From an uncultured virus (IMG/VR IMGVR_UViG_3300005573_001079) (taxonomy: Duplodnaviria > Heunggongvirae > Uroviricota > Caudoviricetes), in the IMG/VR virus record IMGVR_UViG_3300005573_001079, positions 62,001-126,000 of that record: a stretch of DNA of 64,000 bases; one strand, written 5' to 3'. The stretch's first letter is position 1. Each line of letters starts with the position of its first letter. The notes beneath the pieces were generated by a model. That model worked only from the letters and a program-made list of their open reading frames with translations. It made no database searches and was not told where the DNA came from. This document shows positions 48,174 to 57,409 of the stretch, piece by piece. The position numbers and the translations under genes were made by a program.

Positions 48174-49002
48174 ATTGTATCCTTAAATTTTCTTTTATTT
48201 TAGAAACAAATTGTTCGTAATTATTATCCTTAAACTCTTTTATTCTTTTATGCATAACTTTTGGATGAGTTCCAGTAAACTTTTTTATTTTATTTTCTAT
48301 AATGTCTTTTTCAAATAAAAATAAATAATCACAATATTCTTTTCCTAATTTTTCTTTCATTTCTAACATCTTTGGATCGGGAAATCCTATATCTTTGAAT
48401 AATTGTTGAAAGTCCCACTCTTTCTTCCATCCTTTTTCACCAGAATGAACTTTACCATAGTGATAAACTGTAATATCCGTATGTAATACCTCCCGCTCTA
48501 CCCCTCCTGCTAATTGATGCGCATCCTCTACTAACATCCAATTACTCCCCCTTCTGTGTATTCTTATTATTTCATCATAAACAAAAGGAAATGTTGTTTC
48601 ATAATTACATACAAAATGAATATACTTGGTCGTAAGTGCAGTTACATTTAAATTATGTTTTTCAACTAATTTAATCCATGCTTTAATATTATTATATTGG
48701 TTTTCATGTATTACTTCATCAGATTGAACATGCCACTTAAAATCTGTATCTAAAAATAGTGCTGCATAGTTCCCAATTACAGATAACTCTGTAAAATGTT
48801 TTGCCCACGAATGTCTAACAATCTTAACTTTATCTTTATACTTTTCTCGAAATTGTTGTAATAATTCTAATGTATTGTCTTCGCTTTCACACTCACAAAC
48901 TACTATTTGATCTGCAATTGGTACTACAGATTCTAAAGATTCTAAAAATGGATAATCATAAATTACTCCATTTCTTATAAATTGATATACTCCAAGACTC
49001 AT
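48163..49002 (-). CDS. GT-A fold (GT2-like) glycosyltransferase
   Basis: FIRNG..YDYPF.ES, SEDNT, QSDEVIHE, HYG. Confidence 0.75.
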   Translation of the reverse strand: MSLGVYQFIRNGVIYDYPFLESLESVVPIADQIVVCECESEDNTLELLQQFREKYKDKVKIVRHSWAKHFTELSVIGNYAALFLDTDFKWHVQSDEVIHENQYNNIKAWIKLVEKHNLNVTALTTKYIHFVCNYETTFPFVYDEIIRIHRRGSNWMLVEDAHQLAGGVEREVLHTDITVYHYGKVHSGEKGWKKEWDFQQLFKDIGFPDPKMLEMKEKLGKEYCDYLFLFEKDIIENKIKKFTGTHPKVMHKRIKEFKDNNYEQFVSKIKENLRIQYES

Positions 49003-49310
49003 TTTTTCCTCTCTTTAAGTTTTTCTGAAATTTTTTCTCTTAAAGATTTCTGTTCGTAACTATAAGCTTCCCATTTTTTCTTCAAACTATTATTCTTTTC
49101 CTCTATAATTTTACCTATATTAGTAACACTATCACTATTAGAAGACTTAACACTTACATTAAAAAAATTGTAAACTTTTTTTAAAGGTTTTTTGCAAATT
49201 TCACAAACTTCATCTGAAGAAAACTTAAAGGAAACTCTTTTAACTATTACTTCGTAGTTAGAACAATCAACATTTATACACTTATAACTAAATACTGGCA
49301 TTTTATTCAC
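48999..49310 (-). CDS. FmdB-like zinc-ribbon protein
   Basis: MPVFSYKC...C...CEIC. Confidence 0.6.
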   Translation of the reverse strand: MNKMPVFSYKCINVDCSNYEVIVKRVSFKFSSDEVCEICKKPLKKVYNFFNVSVKSSNSDSVTNIGKIIEEKNNSLKKKWEAYSYEQKSLREKISEKLKERKK

Positions 49311-49316
49311 TCCCTT

Positions 49317-49532
49317 TTACCATAATACTGTTCTATTTCGAATAATAATAAAAATAGCCTTTACTGCTCCAAATACTCCTCTCAATAAAAAATATATAAA
49401 AGTAAACAAAATAAAAATCACTCCCCATGGATTCAATATTCTAACTCTTAATTCTTCTTCTTTGCTTGTTATTGCACCTAAAAAATAAAATGTGTAAAAA
49501 ATAAAAGCCAAATATTTATCATCTCCTTTCAT
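49317..49532 (-). CDS. Small membrane protein
   Basis: Hydrophobic, 71 aa. Confidence 0.5.
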   Translation of the reverse strand: MKGDDKYLAFIFYTFYFLGAITSKEEELRVRILNPWGVIFILFTFIYFLLRGVFGAVKAIFIIIRNRTVLW

Positions 49533-50500
49533 CCTACTACCCTTTCTAAAAATCTTAAATATTGTTGTGTTGTATTTTCTTTAGTATACTTTAAAGAAGT
49601 ATTGTATGCATTTCTAATTAACACTTCAAGTTTTTGATTATCTAAAAGTAAAAAATTATATAAAGAATCTGCTAAGGCATTTAAATCTCCGTCTTTTACA
49701 ACAAAACAATTTTGACCATCTTTCATAAATTCTTCTCCACCACCTCCTGTAAAACCAATTACAAAAGTATTAGACGCCATTGCCTCCAATGCAGGTAATC
49801 CAAATCCTTCTGGATAAGAATGAGCAATAAAAACATCATGTTCTCTTAAAACATGTGCGAAAGCAATCTCCGATACATCTTCTAATGTATAAAATTGAAC
49901 TCTTCTCAAAAGAGTAGGAGAATATTTATTAGAAGAGTAAAGAATATTTATTAAATCTTCTCTAACTTTATCACCATTTTTTCTTTTTTGTATTAAAACA
50001 TTACAACGATTCGCAAAAAATTTCAAATTAAAATTCATCGGATAAAAAATATCTTTTCTTATAAAAGGCTCTACAACGTGAGCATCTTCTCTCAAAATAA
50101 ACTTTCTCACAAACTCTGAAATACAAAGTATGTGTTTATCTCTGTAATTATTCAAAATAGGATTCCAAAATACATGCCCTTGTATGTAACAAACTTTAAT
50201 AAAATCATTAAACATAGAATCTAATGGATAAGTATCTTCCCACCCTATTACTACAACTTTTTTACCAGATTTCTTTGAAGTATATGCATATTGTTGAGCT
50301 TCTTTATATGAAGTTATTCTTCCTGTGTCTCTTTTTGCCATCCAATGAGGAATCGAATTAACATTAGGAAAACATATAATAGACTCAATTCCTAATTTTT
50401 TCTCTATCTCAGATAAATCATAATGTACTTTTATTCCTCCGCAAGGAGACGTATTTTCTGGAAGTACGTGTATAATCAACAACTCTTCTGTAGATATCAT
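49529..50500 (-). CDS. Glycosyltransferase family 4
   Basis: GGIKV, EGFGLPALEAMAS. Confidence 0.85.
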   Translation of the reverse strand: MISTEELLIIHVLPENTSPCGGIKVHYDLSEIEKKLGIESIICFPNVNSIPHWMAKRDTGRITSYKEAQQYAYTSKKSGKKVVVIGWEDTYPLDSMFNDFIKVCYIQGHVFWNPILNNYRDKHILCISEFVRKFILREDAHVVEPFIRKDIFYPMNFNLKFFANRCNVLIQKRKNGDKVREDLINILYSSNKYSPTLLRRVQFYTLEDVSEIAFAHVLREHDVFIAHSYPEGFGLPALEAMASNTFVIGFTGGGGEEFMKDGQNCFVVKDGDLNALADSLYNFLLLDNQKLEVLIRNAYNTSLKYTKENTTQQYLRFLERVVG

Positions 50501-50551
50501 AAAGCCTCCACAAAATTTCTTATTTTTTTCTTAAAAAAAAATGTTTTATCA

Positions 50552-52453
50552 TTACTTATCAAAAATTAAATTTTTTCCTAGTTTCCCAATATTTTCAATT
50601 GAATATTGTTGTGCTTTTATATAAGCAATTTCACCTTTTTTCTTTATTTCTTCTCTATTATTATACAAATGTCTAAATATCTCTGTAAGATGATCAACAC
50701 TAGGTTCTGCCCATTGTCCTCCTATATAATTATGAAAATACGGTAAGTATTGTAAAGGAATATCTACAAGTTTGTAATCAATCAACCACCCATTTTCTTC
50801 TCCTACATAATCTAATAATCCACTATAACCAGTAGCTATAGAAGGTATGCCTAGCGCACCTGCTTCTATAAATGGTAATCCAAATCCCTCCGCTCTTGTT
50901 GGTAACACAAAAACATCAAAATTTCTTAAAAAATTTGGCATAAGCTTGTCTGATATGTAATTTGTTGTTACAAGTATAGAAGGACGATTTTCAAACGGTA
51001 CAATAGAGTTTATCCAATCAACTATTGACATTCCTTTTTGTTCTAAAACAAACTTCATAGATAGTGCGTGAATAGTTAAAGTAACATCATCATTCTTTGT
51101 AAAAGCATTACAAAATGCCTTTACTAAAATTTCGGGGGCTTTTCTTTCTCCAAAATGGAAAACAGAAACAAAATTTAATCCTTTTAATCCATCTATATTC
51201 AATCTGCTTCCTTCTTTTTTGAATAAAGAAGTATCAACTGAATTTGGCAACACAAAAATAGGAGTCTTAACTCCACACTCTAATAAAACATTTCTAAAAA
51301 AAGTAGAAGTTGTAAAAACTTTGTCTACGTTATTTAATTGTTCTACCCACTGTTTTGGAACTCTGGTACTTTCTCCTGTAGTATGTGCAATACGTTGTTT
51401 TCCTGGAGGCATTAAATACATATGATCCCCTTCTGAAGATCTTAAAACAACTCTATTCCAGTAATCATTAGGTTTTAAAATCATCTCCTTAATTTCCCAA
51501 TCAATCATATTTTTCTTATCATAATGATATTCAACTGGAGCAATTGAAACATCGACTCCATTTCTTTTTAATCCTTTTGCTAAATTTCTCATTACTCCAC
51601 AAAAAGACCATTCTCCATATATTTCAGAGGATATCAAAACTTTATAAGGATTATCACTTTTATATTCTTCTTGTTCTCTCTTTAAATAGAATTTAATTTG
51701 ATTCTTATCACTTATTTGTTTCTTAACATCTTCACTATCTCCTTTAACTATATCTCTAGAAGTAACGTTTTCATAATGAATAGCTTGTGCAAATGGTGTA
51801 TATACAGTTTTATATCCTTCTTTTCTAGCTCTATAAACATAGTCTACTTCCTCAAAGTACCCTCTCTCAAATATATTATCAAAAATTCCAACTTTATCAA
51901 CTACCTCTTTCTTTATATAAAACAATGCACCAGTAACATACTCTACTTCTGTAATTTGATTAATAAAAGAAGTAGGAAGTCCAGCATCTATATGTTGTCC
52001 CCATCCAAATACATTTAAAAACGCACCTGCATGTTGAATAGTTCCATCTGGAAATAATAATTTACCTCCTACAATTCCTATATCATTGCTTAAGTATGCA
52101 GCAGTAACTAAATTATCAATACATCCATCAAGGAGAATCATATCATTATTCATAATCAAAAAATCGCAGTCTTCTTTTAAACTCAAAATGTATTTTATCC
52201 CTAAATTTGCACCTCCTCCATACCCTAAATTTTCATCACTATGAATAAAATAAGGAAAAAAGTTTGGAGATTCTTTTAAGTACTCTTTGCTCTTTAAATA
52301 TTGTAAAGTCTCATCGGTAGAATTATTATCTACTATTACTAAAAAGAGTTTGTTTATCTTAGTAGATTGTGAAAAAACTCTACGTATAGATTCTACAACT
52401 TGCTTAGTATAAAATAACTGATTGTAAACTGGAATAATAATTGACAAATTCAT
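50552..52453 (-). CDS. GT2-GT4 fusion glycosyltransferase
   Basis: N-terminal IIIPVYN, DNNSTD, NLGYGGGAN, NND, YFEEVD; C-terminal RK, EGFGLPFIEA. Confidence 0.9.
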   Translation of the reverse strand: MNLSIIIPVYNQLFYTKQVVESIRRVFSQSTKINKLFLVIVDNNSTDETLQYLKSKEYLKESPNFFPYFIHSDENLGYGGGANLGIKYILSLKEDCDFLIMNNDMILLDGCIDNLVTAAYLSNDIGIVGGKLLFPDGTIQHAGAFLNVFGWGQHIDAGLPTSFINQITEVEYVTGALFYIKKEVVDKVGIFDNIFERGYFEEVDYVYRARKEGYKTVYTPFAQAIHYENVTSRDIVKGDSEDVKKQISDKNQIKFYLKREQEEYKSDNPYKVLISSEIYGEWSFCGVMRNLAKGLKRNGVDVSIAPVEYHYDKKNMIDWEIKEMILKPNDYWNRVVLRSSEGDHMYLMPPGKQRIAHTTGESTRVPKQWVEQLNNVDKVFTTSTFFRNVLLECGVKTPIFVLPNSVDTSLFKKEGSRLNIDGLKGLNFVSVFHFGERKAPEILVKAFCNAFTKNDDVTLTIHALSMKFVLEQKGMSIVDWINSIVPFENRPSILVTTNYISDKLMPNFLRNFDVFVLPTRAEGFGLPFIEAGALGIPSIATGYSGLLDYVGEENGWLIDYKLVDIPLQYLPYFHNYIGGQWAEPSVDHLTEIFRHLYNNREEIKKKGEIAYIKAQQYSIENIGKLGKNLIFDK

Positions 52454-52495
52454 TTCCTAAGTCTCCTTTTTAACATATTCGAAATTACGAATTCC

Positions 52496-52530
52496 TATTA
52501 TATAATCGTATTATATAATCGTATTATATA
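52496..52530. repeat. 13-bp tandem repeat TATTATATAATCG (2.7 copies)
   Basis: Units at 52496 and 52509, partial at 52522; inverted copy at ~52594-52607. Confidence 0.85.
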
Positions 52531-52580
52531 TGGCGTTTATTATAATAATAATATTAATATTAATAAATAATTATATGTGT

Positions 52581-52597
52581 ATCGCGCGAAGCGCGAT
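52581..52597. repeat. GC-rich hairpin ATCGCGC-GAA-GCGCGAT
   Basis: Perfect 7-bp stem with GAA loop in an AT-rich spacer. Confidence 0.8.
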
Positions 52598-52789
52598 TAT
52601 ATAATACAAATGATTTTTGCATTTTTTCATACAAATTTACATTTCTTTTTATTTTTTTTATAACTTGTTGTAAAATAACAATTTATAGAAATAAAAAATT
52701 TAAAAATTGTTAAAACCTAAAAGATAATTTAAGTTCAAATTTTTTTCAAGATTGTAAAACTGTTAAAAAAATGCTTTTTATAGTTTCTA

Positions 52790-52814
52790 TAACTTATTAA
52801 AATATAATAAGTTA
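52790..52814. repeat. 10-5-10 palindrome TAACTTATTA-N5-TAATAAGTTA
   Basis: Perfect inverted repeat; degenerate second copy at 52661-52685. Confidence 0.7.
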
Positions 52815-52861
52815 GTTTTCTTACAAAAAATAAAATCAAAGAACAAATTTATATTTAAAGT

Positions 52862-52911
52862 ATTCGAGATGCTAAAGCATCTCGAATGTCAACCTTTAAA
52901 AAGGTTGACAT
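52862..52911. repeat. Two abutting 26-bp palindromes (possible terminator or cruciform)
   Basis: ATTCGAGATGCT-AA-AGCATCTCGAAT and ATGTCAACCTTT-AA-AAAGGTTGACAT, just after the GT4 stop codon. Confidence 0.85.
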
Positions 52912-52914
52912 ACA

Positions 52915-54141
52915 TCACACCTTATCTAAAGTCAATATATTTCCTAAGGAGCTTTTGGAAATAAGAGATTGAGAAAGGTTACTAAATAAGTCAATTAATT
53001 TACTATAAGTAGATTCTTTTGAAAATGATTTTCTAAATATTTCTCCTGCTTCTTTTGCTTTTTTTCTGTTTTCTTCTTCATTATCTATTAAGTCTTTAAT
53101 CTTCTTTTTTGCGTCCTCGATGTTAGGGTATGCCCAAATCATATCTGGTGTAAAAAATCCAGTAGATAATGCTCCTTTAGAAACAGGTTTTAAATCGAAA
53201 TCTATAACATTAAAATATTTAGGATTTATAAAGTGCATATGTCCACTCCAACCAGTTACTGCTACGGGTAAATCACACGCAACCGCTTCTGCAATACCTC
53301 TTCCCCATCCTTCTCCGCTTGTTAGAGATACAAACCCTGTTATTTTAGGATGTTTATAAACAATTGCCATTTCTTCATCTGTTAAGTTTCCATGTAATAA
53401 AGTTATCTTAGGATATAAAGCGTTTCCTTTAATAGATTTAATTCTTTGTTGTACATGGTAGTAATCATAAGAAGAATTATTAGAAATTTGTGTTTTTAAT
53501 ACTAAACCTACTTTTTTGTTATTTTCAAAAGTTTTTACAAACAAATTTAGTAGCAACCCTATCCCTTTTCTGTCTTCTCCGATTCCTCCTTGCAACCATT
53601 GACCTACACCTAGTAAGTTTTTTTCGCACGGTAAATCATCTAAAAGTTTGTATACAAAGACATCGGAATTAACTGGATTATTATTAAAAATACTAGTATC
53701 TACTCCCTCTTCTACTACTGCTATCTTAGTAGTAACCCCACTATTTTTGAAAACATCTCTTTGAAAATTACTTGGAACAATTACTAAATCCATTAAGTTA
53801 CACTTATCTACCCACTCCTTAGGTATTTTGTTTGACTCTAAACCTGCTGTAATTCCTACGTTTAAATTGCCTACTTTTGTAAACTCTGGTGGTATTCCAA
53901 CATGTACAAATATAAAAGGAACATATTTGTGTATAACATTATTACACATAAATAACAGTACTTCTTTATCTTTTACGGGAATAGTATCCGCAGTATTTGT
54001 TGATCCACCCCATTGAGTTGGTAAAATTGCAATGTTAAACTTTTGACTATTCCACAAAGAAATAGCAATATCTCTACTGTGAGCTCCGTATCCACTTTGA
54101 GAAAAAACTGGAGCTCTTAAAACAATATTCGGTTTATTCAT
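52915..54141 (-). CDS. Glycosyltransferase family 4
   Basis: SGYG.HSR, DRKG, GEGWGRGIAEA, WSGHMHF. Confidence 0.85.
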   Translation of the reverse strand: MNKPNIVLRAPVFSQSGYGAHSRDIAISLWNSQKFNIAILPTQWGGSTNTADTIPVKDKEVLLFMCNNVIHKYVPFIFVHVGIPPEFTKVGNLNVGITAGLESNKIPKEWVDKCNLMDLVIVPSNFQRDVFKNSGVTTKIAVVEEGVDTSIFNNNPVNSDVFVYKLLDDLPCEKNLLGVGQWLQGGIGEDRKGIGLLLNLFVKTFENNKKVGLVLKTQISNNSSYDYYHVQQRIKSIKGNALYPKITLLHGNLTDEEMAIVYKHPKITGFVSLTSGEGWGRGIAEAVACDLPVAVTGWSGHMHFINPKYFNVIDFDLKPVSKGALSTGFFTPDMIWAYPNIEDAKKKIKDLIDNEEENRKKAKEAGEIFRKSFSKESTYSKLIDLFSNLSQSLISKSSLGNILTLDKV

Positions 54142-54152
54142 AATTCCTCTCT

Positions 54153-55373
54153 TTATATTGTTGTTAATTTAACTCTTTTATAAGATTTTGGTTGTTCATA
54201 AAGTTCTTTTAAAATTTTATCCCATTTTTCTATTACTTGATTTATATGAAAATGAGATATGATGTGTTCTCTTGCTTCTTTTCCAATAGTTTCTTTTAAT
54301 GTTTTGCGCTCTTTATACATAGTATGCAAAGAATTAATTGCAGTGTCAAATGAAACATAATCTTGATATATATAAGATGCACCGGGAACTCCAAATAAAG
54401 TTCTTACATCGGGTTCCATCAATATTCCATATACTTTGTTCCCATCCGTTAATTGCTCTGTCATACCACCAGTTTTAGTCGCAACAACAGGAGTTCCTGC
54501 ACATAAAGATTCTCCTACACAAAGTCCGAAACCTTCATTATAAGTTATCGTAAACGTTACGTCTGCTATATTGTAGAATAAATTTAACCTATCAGACTTT
54601 ACTTTTTCAAAATTATAAACAACTGGAACTTTTTCAAATCCTAAATCTCTATGAAATTGTAGTATATCTATACCTTCAACATCTATTGGATCAGTATTCA
54701 TAAGAAGTAAAGAGTGTGGATGAGTTTTATGAAATTCTTTAAAAATCATTAAAACATCTCCTACTCTTTTTCTTATAATATTTCTATTGTTCCAAAATAT
54801 AATGAACTCAAGATTTTCCATATTTACAAGATTTTTTAAGTTTTCTCTTTCTTTTCTAATAATGTTTTGTGGTAAAGGATAAAATTCTGTAGGATCAAAC
54901 CCATGTTGAACACAATAAATTGGTTTATCTTTAATATTTTCCTTCATTAATTCATAAGAAAATTTTGAAATCATTACTAACGCATCACAAGATTCATAAA
55001 AAGGAAGGTTAAATTTTGGAAAAGGGTCATTATCCCAAGTATGGTAAAATACTATTCTACTATACTCTCTGATTTCATCATCCATTTTAAATAAGTATCC
55101 AAAAAATCGAGGATCAGAAAAAGGAATTATAAAGTCGGGCTTCTCTTTATCAATAACATACCTTACAAAGTTCTTATCCCCATACTCTCTACCTATGTTA
55201 ACTGGATATATTAACACATCTTCTTTAACAGGAGTTAGGTCTTTATGATTTAATGCACACCCTATTACTACTACTTCATAACCTAAGTTTGCTAATCCTT
55301 TGGTCAACTTTCTTGCTTGTATTCCTACTCCTGTATTTAAACGAATATCATCAGTAATAAATAATAGTTTCAC
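54153..55373 (-). CDS. Glycosyltransferase family 4
   Basis: TGVG, HGFD, NRNIIRK, NEGFGLCVGES. Confidence 0.85.
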   Translation of the reverse strand: MKLLFITDDIRLNTGVGIQARKLTKGLANLGYEVVVIGCALNHKDLTPVKEDVLIYPVNIGREYGDKNFVRYVIDKEKPDFIIPFSDPRFFGYLFKMDDEIREYSRIVFYHTWDNDPFPKFNLPFYESCDALVMISKFSYELMKENIKDKPIYCVQHGFDPTEFYPLPQNIIRKERENLKNLVNMENLEFIIFWNNRNIIRKRVGDVLMIFKEFHKTHPHSLLLMNTDPIDVEGIDILQFHRDLGFEKVPVVYNFEKVKSDRLNLFYNIADVTFTITYNEGFGLCVGESLCAGTPVVATKTGGMTEQLTDGNKVYGILMEPDVRTLFGVPGASYIYQDYVSFDTAINSLHTMYKERKTLKETIGKEAREHIISHFHINQVIEKWDKILKELYEQPKSYKRVKLTTI

Positions 55374-55420
55374 GATTATCTCCTAATTTTTTTTTATTAA
55401 TAATTGTATTATACAAAATT

Positions 55421-57394
55421 TTACTGATTCTTTAGTTTAGTTATTCTTAAATATGTTGCATATCCTCCATGTAGATCATTAAAATTAAATAAATTTCGCG
55501 TGTTTCTCATACAAATGATAGGTTGAGTAACATAATTATATCCAGTTACAAGTAACTTATTATAAATACCACTTGTATCATCTACATTTACAATTGCTTT
55601 TGTAATTAAAGAATTATATGTGTAATGTGAGTCTACCTGAGCAAAAGACCAACCAGCAACCTGCCACTGTGGTTGTTGCATACTTCCAGAAGGATATGGC
55701 TTAATTATAATCATTCCATATGATCCCGTAACCTGATAAGAGCAATAATGAGTACTACAAAGCGCTACTTCATATATTCCTTTTTCTTTGATCGTAATTT
55801 GAAAACTTCCGGTGCCAGAAGTGGGATTACCCGTAATTATATCTGCTTGAGATATTTGATTACCAGTAATATTATGCCATGGTATAAATTGACAAACATC
55901 AAGAAATTGATCAAAATCAAGGTTTGCAGGAGTAGGTGGTATATATGGATCAAAAAGACTATAAGGAATAACATAAATATCACTCTTATTTTGCAAACTC
56001 AAATGAGTATGGTAGGGATCTGCATCTGAAGTAGGTCCAGCTGTTAAAGGATTGGAAGATTTCCAGTTACTGCCTGTTCCAGTAAGTGCTTTTCCTATTT
56101 GATAGCGTAATCTTTGCAATGTATCTTTAAGAGAACTAGTTAATGTTAACTCAGATGTAGAAGGATTTTGTACACCCTCTTCATAATCTGCAGCAATGTC
56201 AAGTATATTATTTCCATAAAATGTTCTACAATCTGTCCATGATAATATATCATCTCCCGCATCTGCTATTTCAGCAACTCCTAATGGATAATATTCAATT
56301 CCTTTATGACCTGTACTATAATGATATCCATTTAAGTTAAATGAAAAAAGATTATCAATATAAGTAAGGAAAAAACTATCAAATTCTTTCCACTCAACTC
56401 CTCCTTGTGAGTTTACAACTGCAAAATATAAACCGTCAGACGGAGCATCAGATGCACGTAAAATAGGTAAACTTCCTGTTATTACATTACCATTTACTAA
56501 CAAAAAAGCATTAGAAGGAGGATTAAAAGAAATATATGCTCCAATATATTGATCATTGATTACTCCTTTATAACTATCAAGAGTCTGTTGGTTTCTTACT
56601 CCAATAGGGATAATTCCATTTACATGTAAATCTGTTGCGTGTCGTTTTTGTAATAATTTTAAATCTCCTCCAAGATCGTCAAAACTTAATCCATGAGGAT
56701 TGTTTGGTGTTGGAGTTGCAGACCCTGTTGAATATATATGATCTGCAACTGATTTGTGAGTAGGTACTGGAACTTTATAAGGGTCTACTCCAACAGAATC
56801 TGCAGTAGTAAACCATTTTGTATACAATCTAGTATCTTCTATACCACTTGAATCAATATTACCATTACCATCTGCTTGAAATCTTGCTAATAATATTTCA
56901 GAAGATGTTGATGGAGGAAGATTATCTATTGAAACAAAGAAAGACCTATAGTATCTTGTAGGATGTAATACACCTAAGTCATCCGCTTTTAAACTACCAG
57001 TAGCTTCTGCGTAGGAAATTTTAACATAATTAATATCATTAGGAGAAGAAGTCCATCTATAATAAAGTGAAGACTCTCCTTTAGATATAGTAAGAATTCC
57101 AGGTAAAACTATAAGTTCTCCAGGATCTAATATAGCAGCCCCTGGATATATTCTTATTGTATCATCTTGAACTTTTACTACTTTTAGATTTTTATTCATA
57201 GTGTGTTCTGAGGGACTTCCTATAACCCCGCCTTTATCTTTACCATATGTTACAAGTTGATCTTCATTGTATCCCCCGCTTCTTCCTAAAAAGGATCTTA
57301 TTACATTTTGCAAGTTTCCAATAAGACTATCACTTATACTATTTAAATCTTCGCTTAAAACTAACTGATCATTAAAAAAATAAGGTCTCTCCAT
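55421..57394 (-). CDS. Probable tail/baseplate structural protein (tail-fibre-like)
   Basis: 657 aa in the structural module; NNPHG motif; beta-rich C-terminus. Confidence 0.5.
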   Translation of the reverse strand: MERPYFFNDQLVLSEDLNSISDSLIGNLQNVIRSFLGRSGGYNEDQLVTYGKDKGGVIGSPSEHTMNKNLKVVKVQDDTIRIYPGAAILDPGELIVLPGILTISKGESSLYYRWTSSPNDINYVKISYAEATGSLKADDLGVLHPTRYYRSFFVSIDNLPPSTSSEILLARFQADGNGNIDSSGIEDTRLYTKWFTTADSVGVDPYKVPVPTHKSVADHIYSTGSATPTPNNPHGLSFDDLGGDLKLLQKRHATDLHVNGIIPIGVRNQQTLDSYKGVINDQYIGAYISFNPPSNAFLLVNGNVITGSLPILRASDAPSDGLYFAVVNSQGGVEWKEFDSFFLTYIDNLFSFNLNGYHYSTGHKGIEYYPLGVAEIADAGDDILSWTDCRTFYGNNILDIAADYEEGVQNPSTSELTLTSSLKDTLQRLRYQIGKALTGTGSNWKSSNPLTAGPTSDADPYHTHLSLQNKSDIYVIPYSLFDPYIPPTPANLDFDQFLDVCQFIPWHNITGNQISQADIITGNPTSGTGSFQITIKEKGIYEVALCSTHYCSYQVTGSYGMIIIKPYPSGSMQQPQWQVAGWSFAQVDSHYTYNSLITKAIVNVDDTSGIYNKLLVTGYNYVTQPIICMRNTRNLFNFNDLHGGYATYLRITKLKNQ

Positions 57395-57409
57395 TTTGAA
57401 CCTCCTTTA

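Noticed and set aside
52454..52914. CRISPR mini-array or tRNA in the large intergenic region
   Set aside because: No direct repeats with unique spacers and no cloverleaf or T-loop motif seen.
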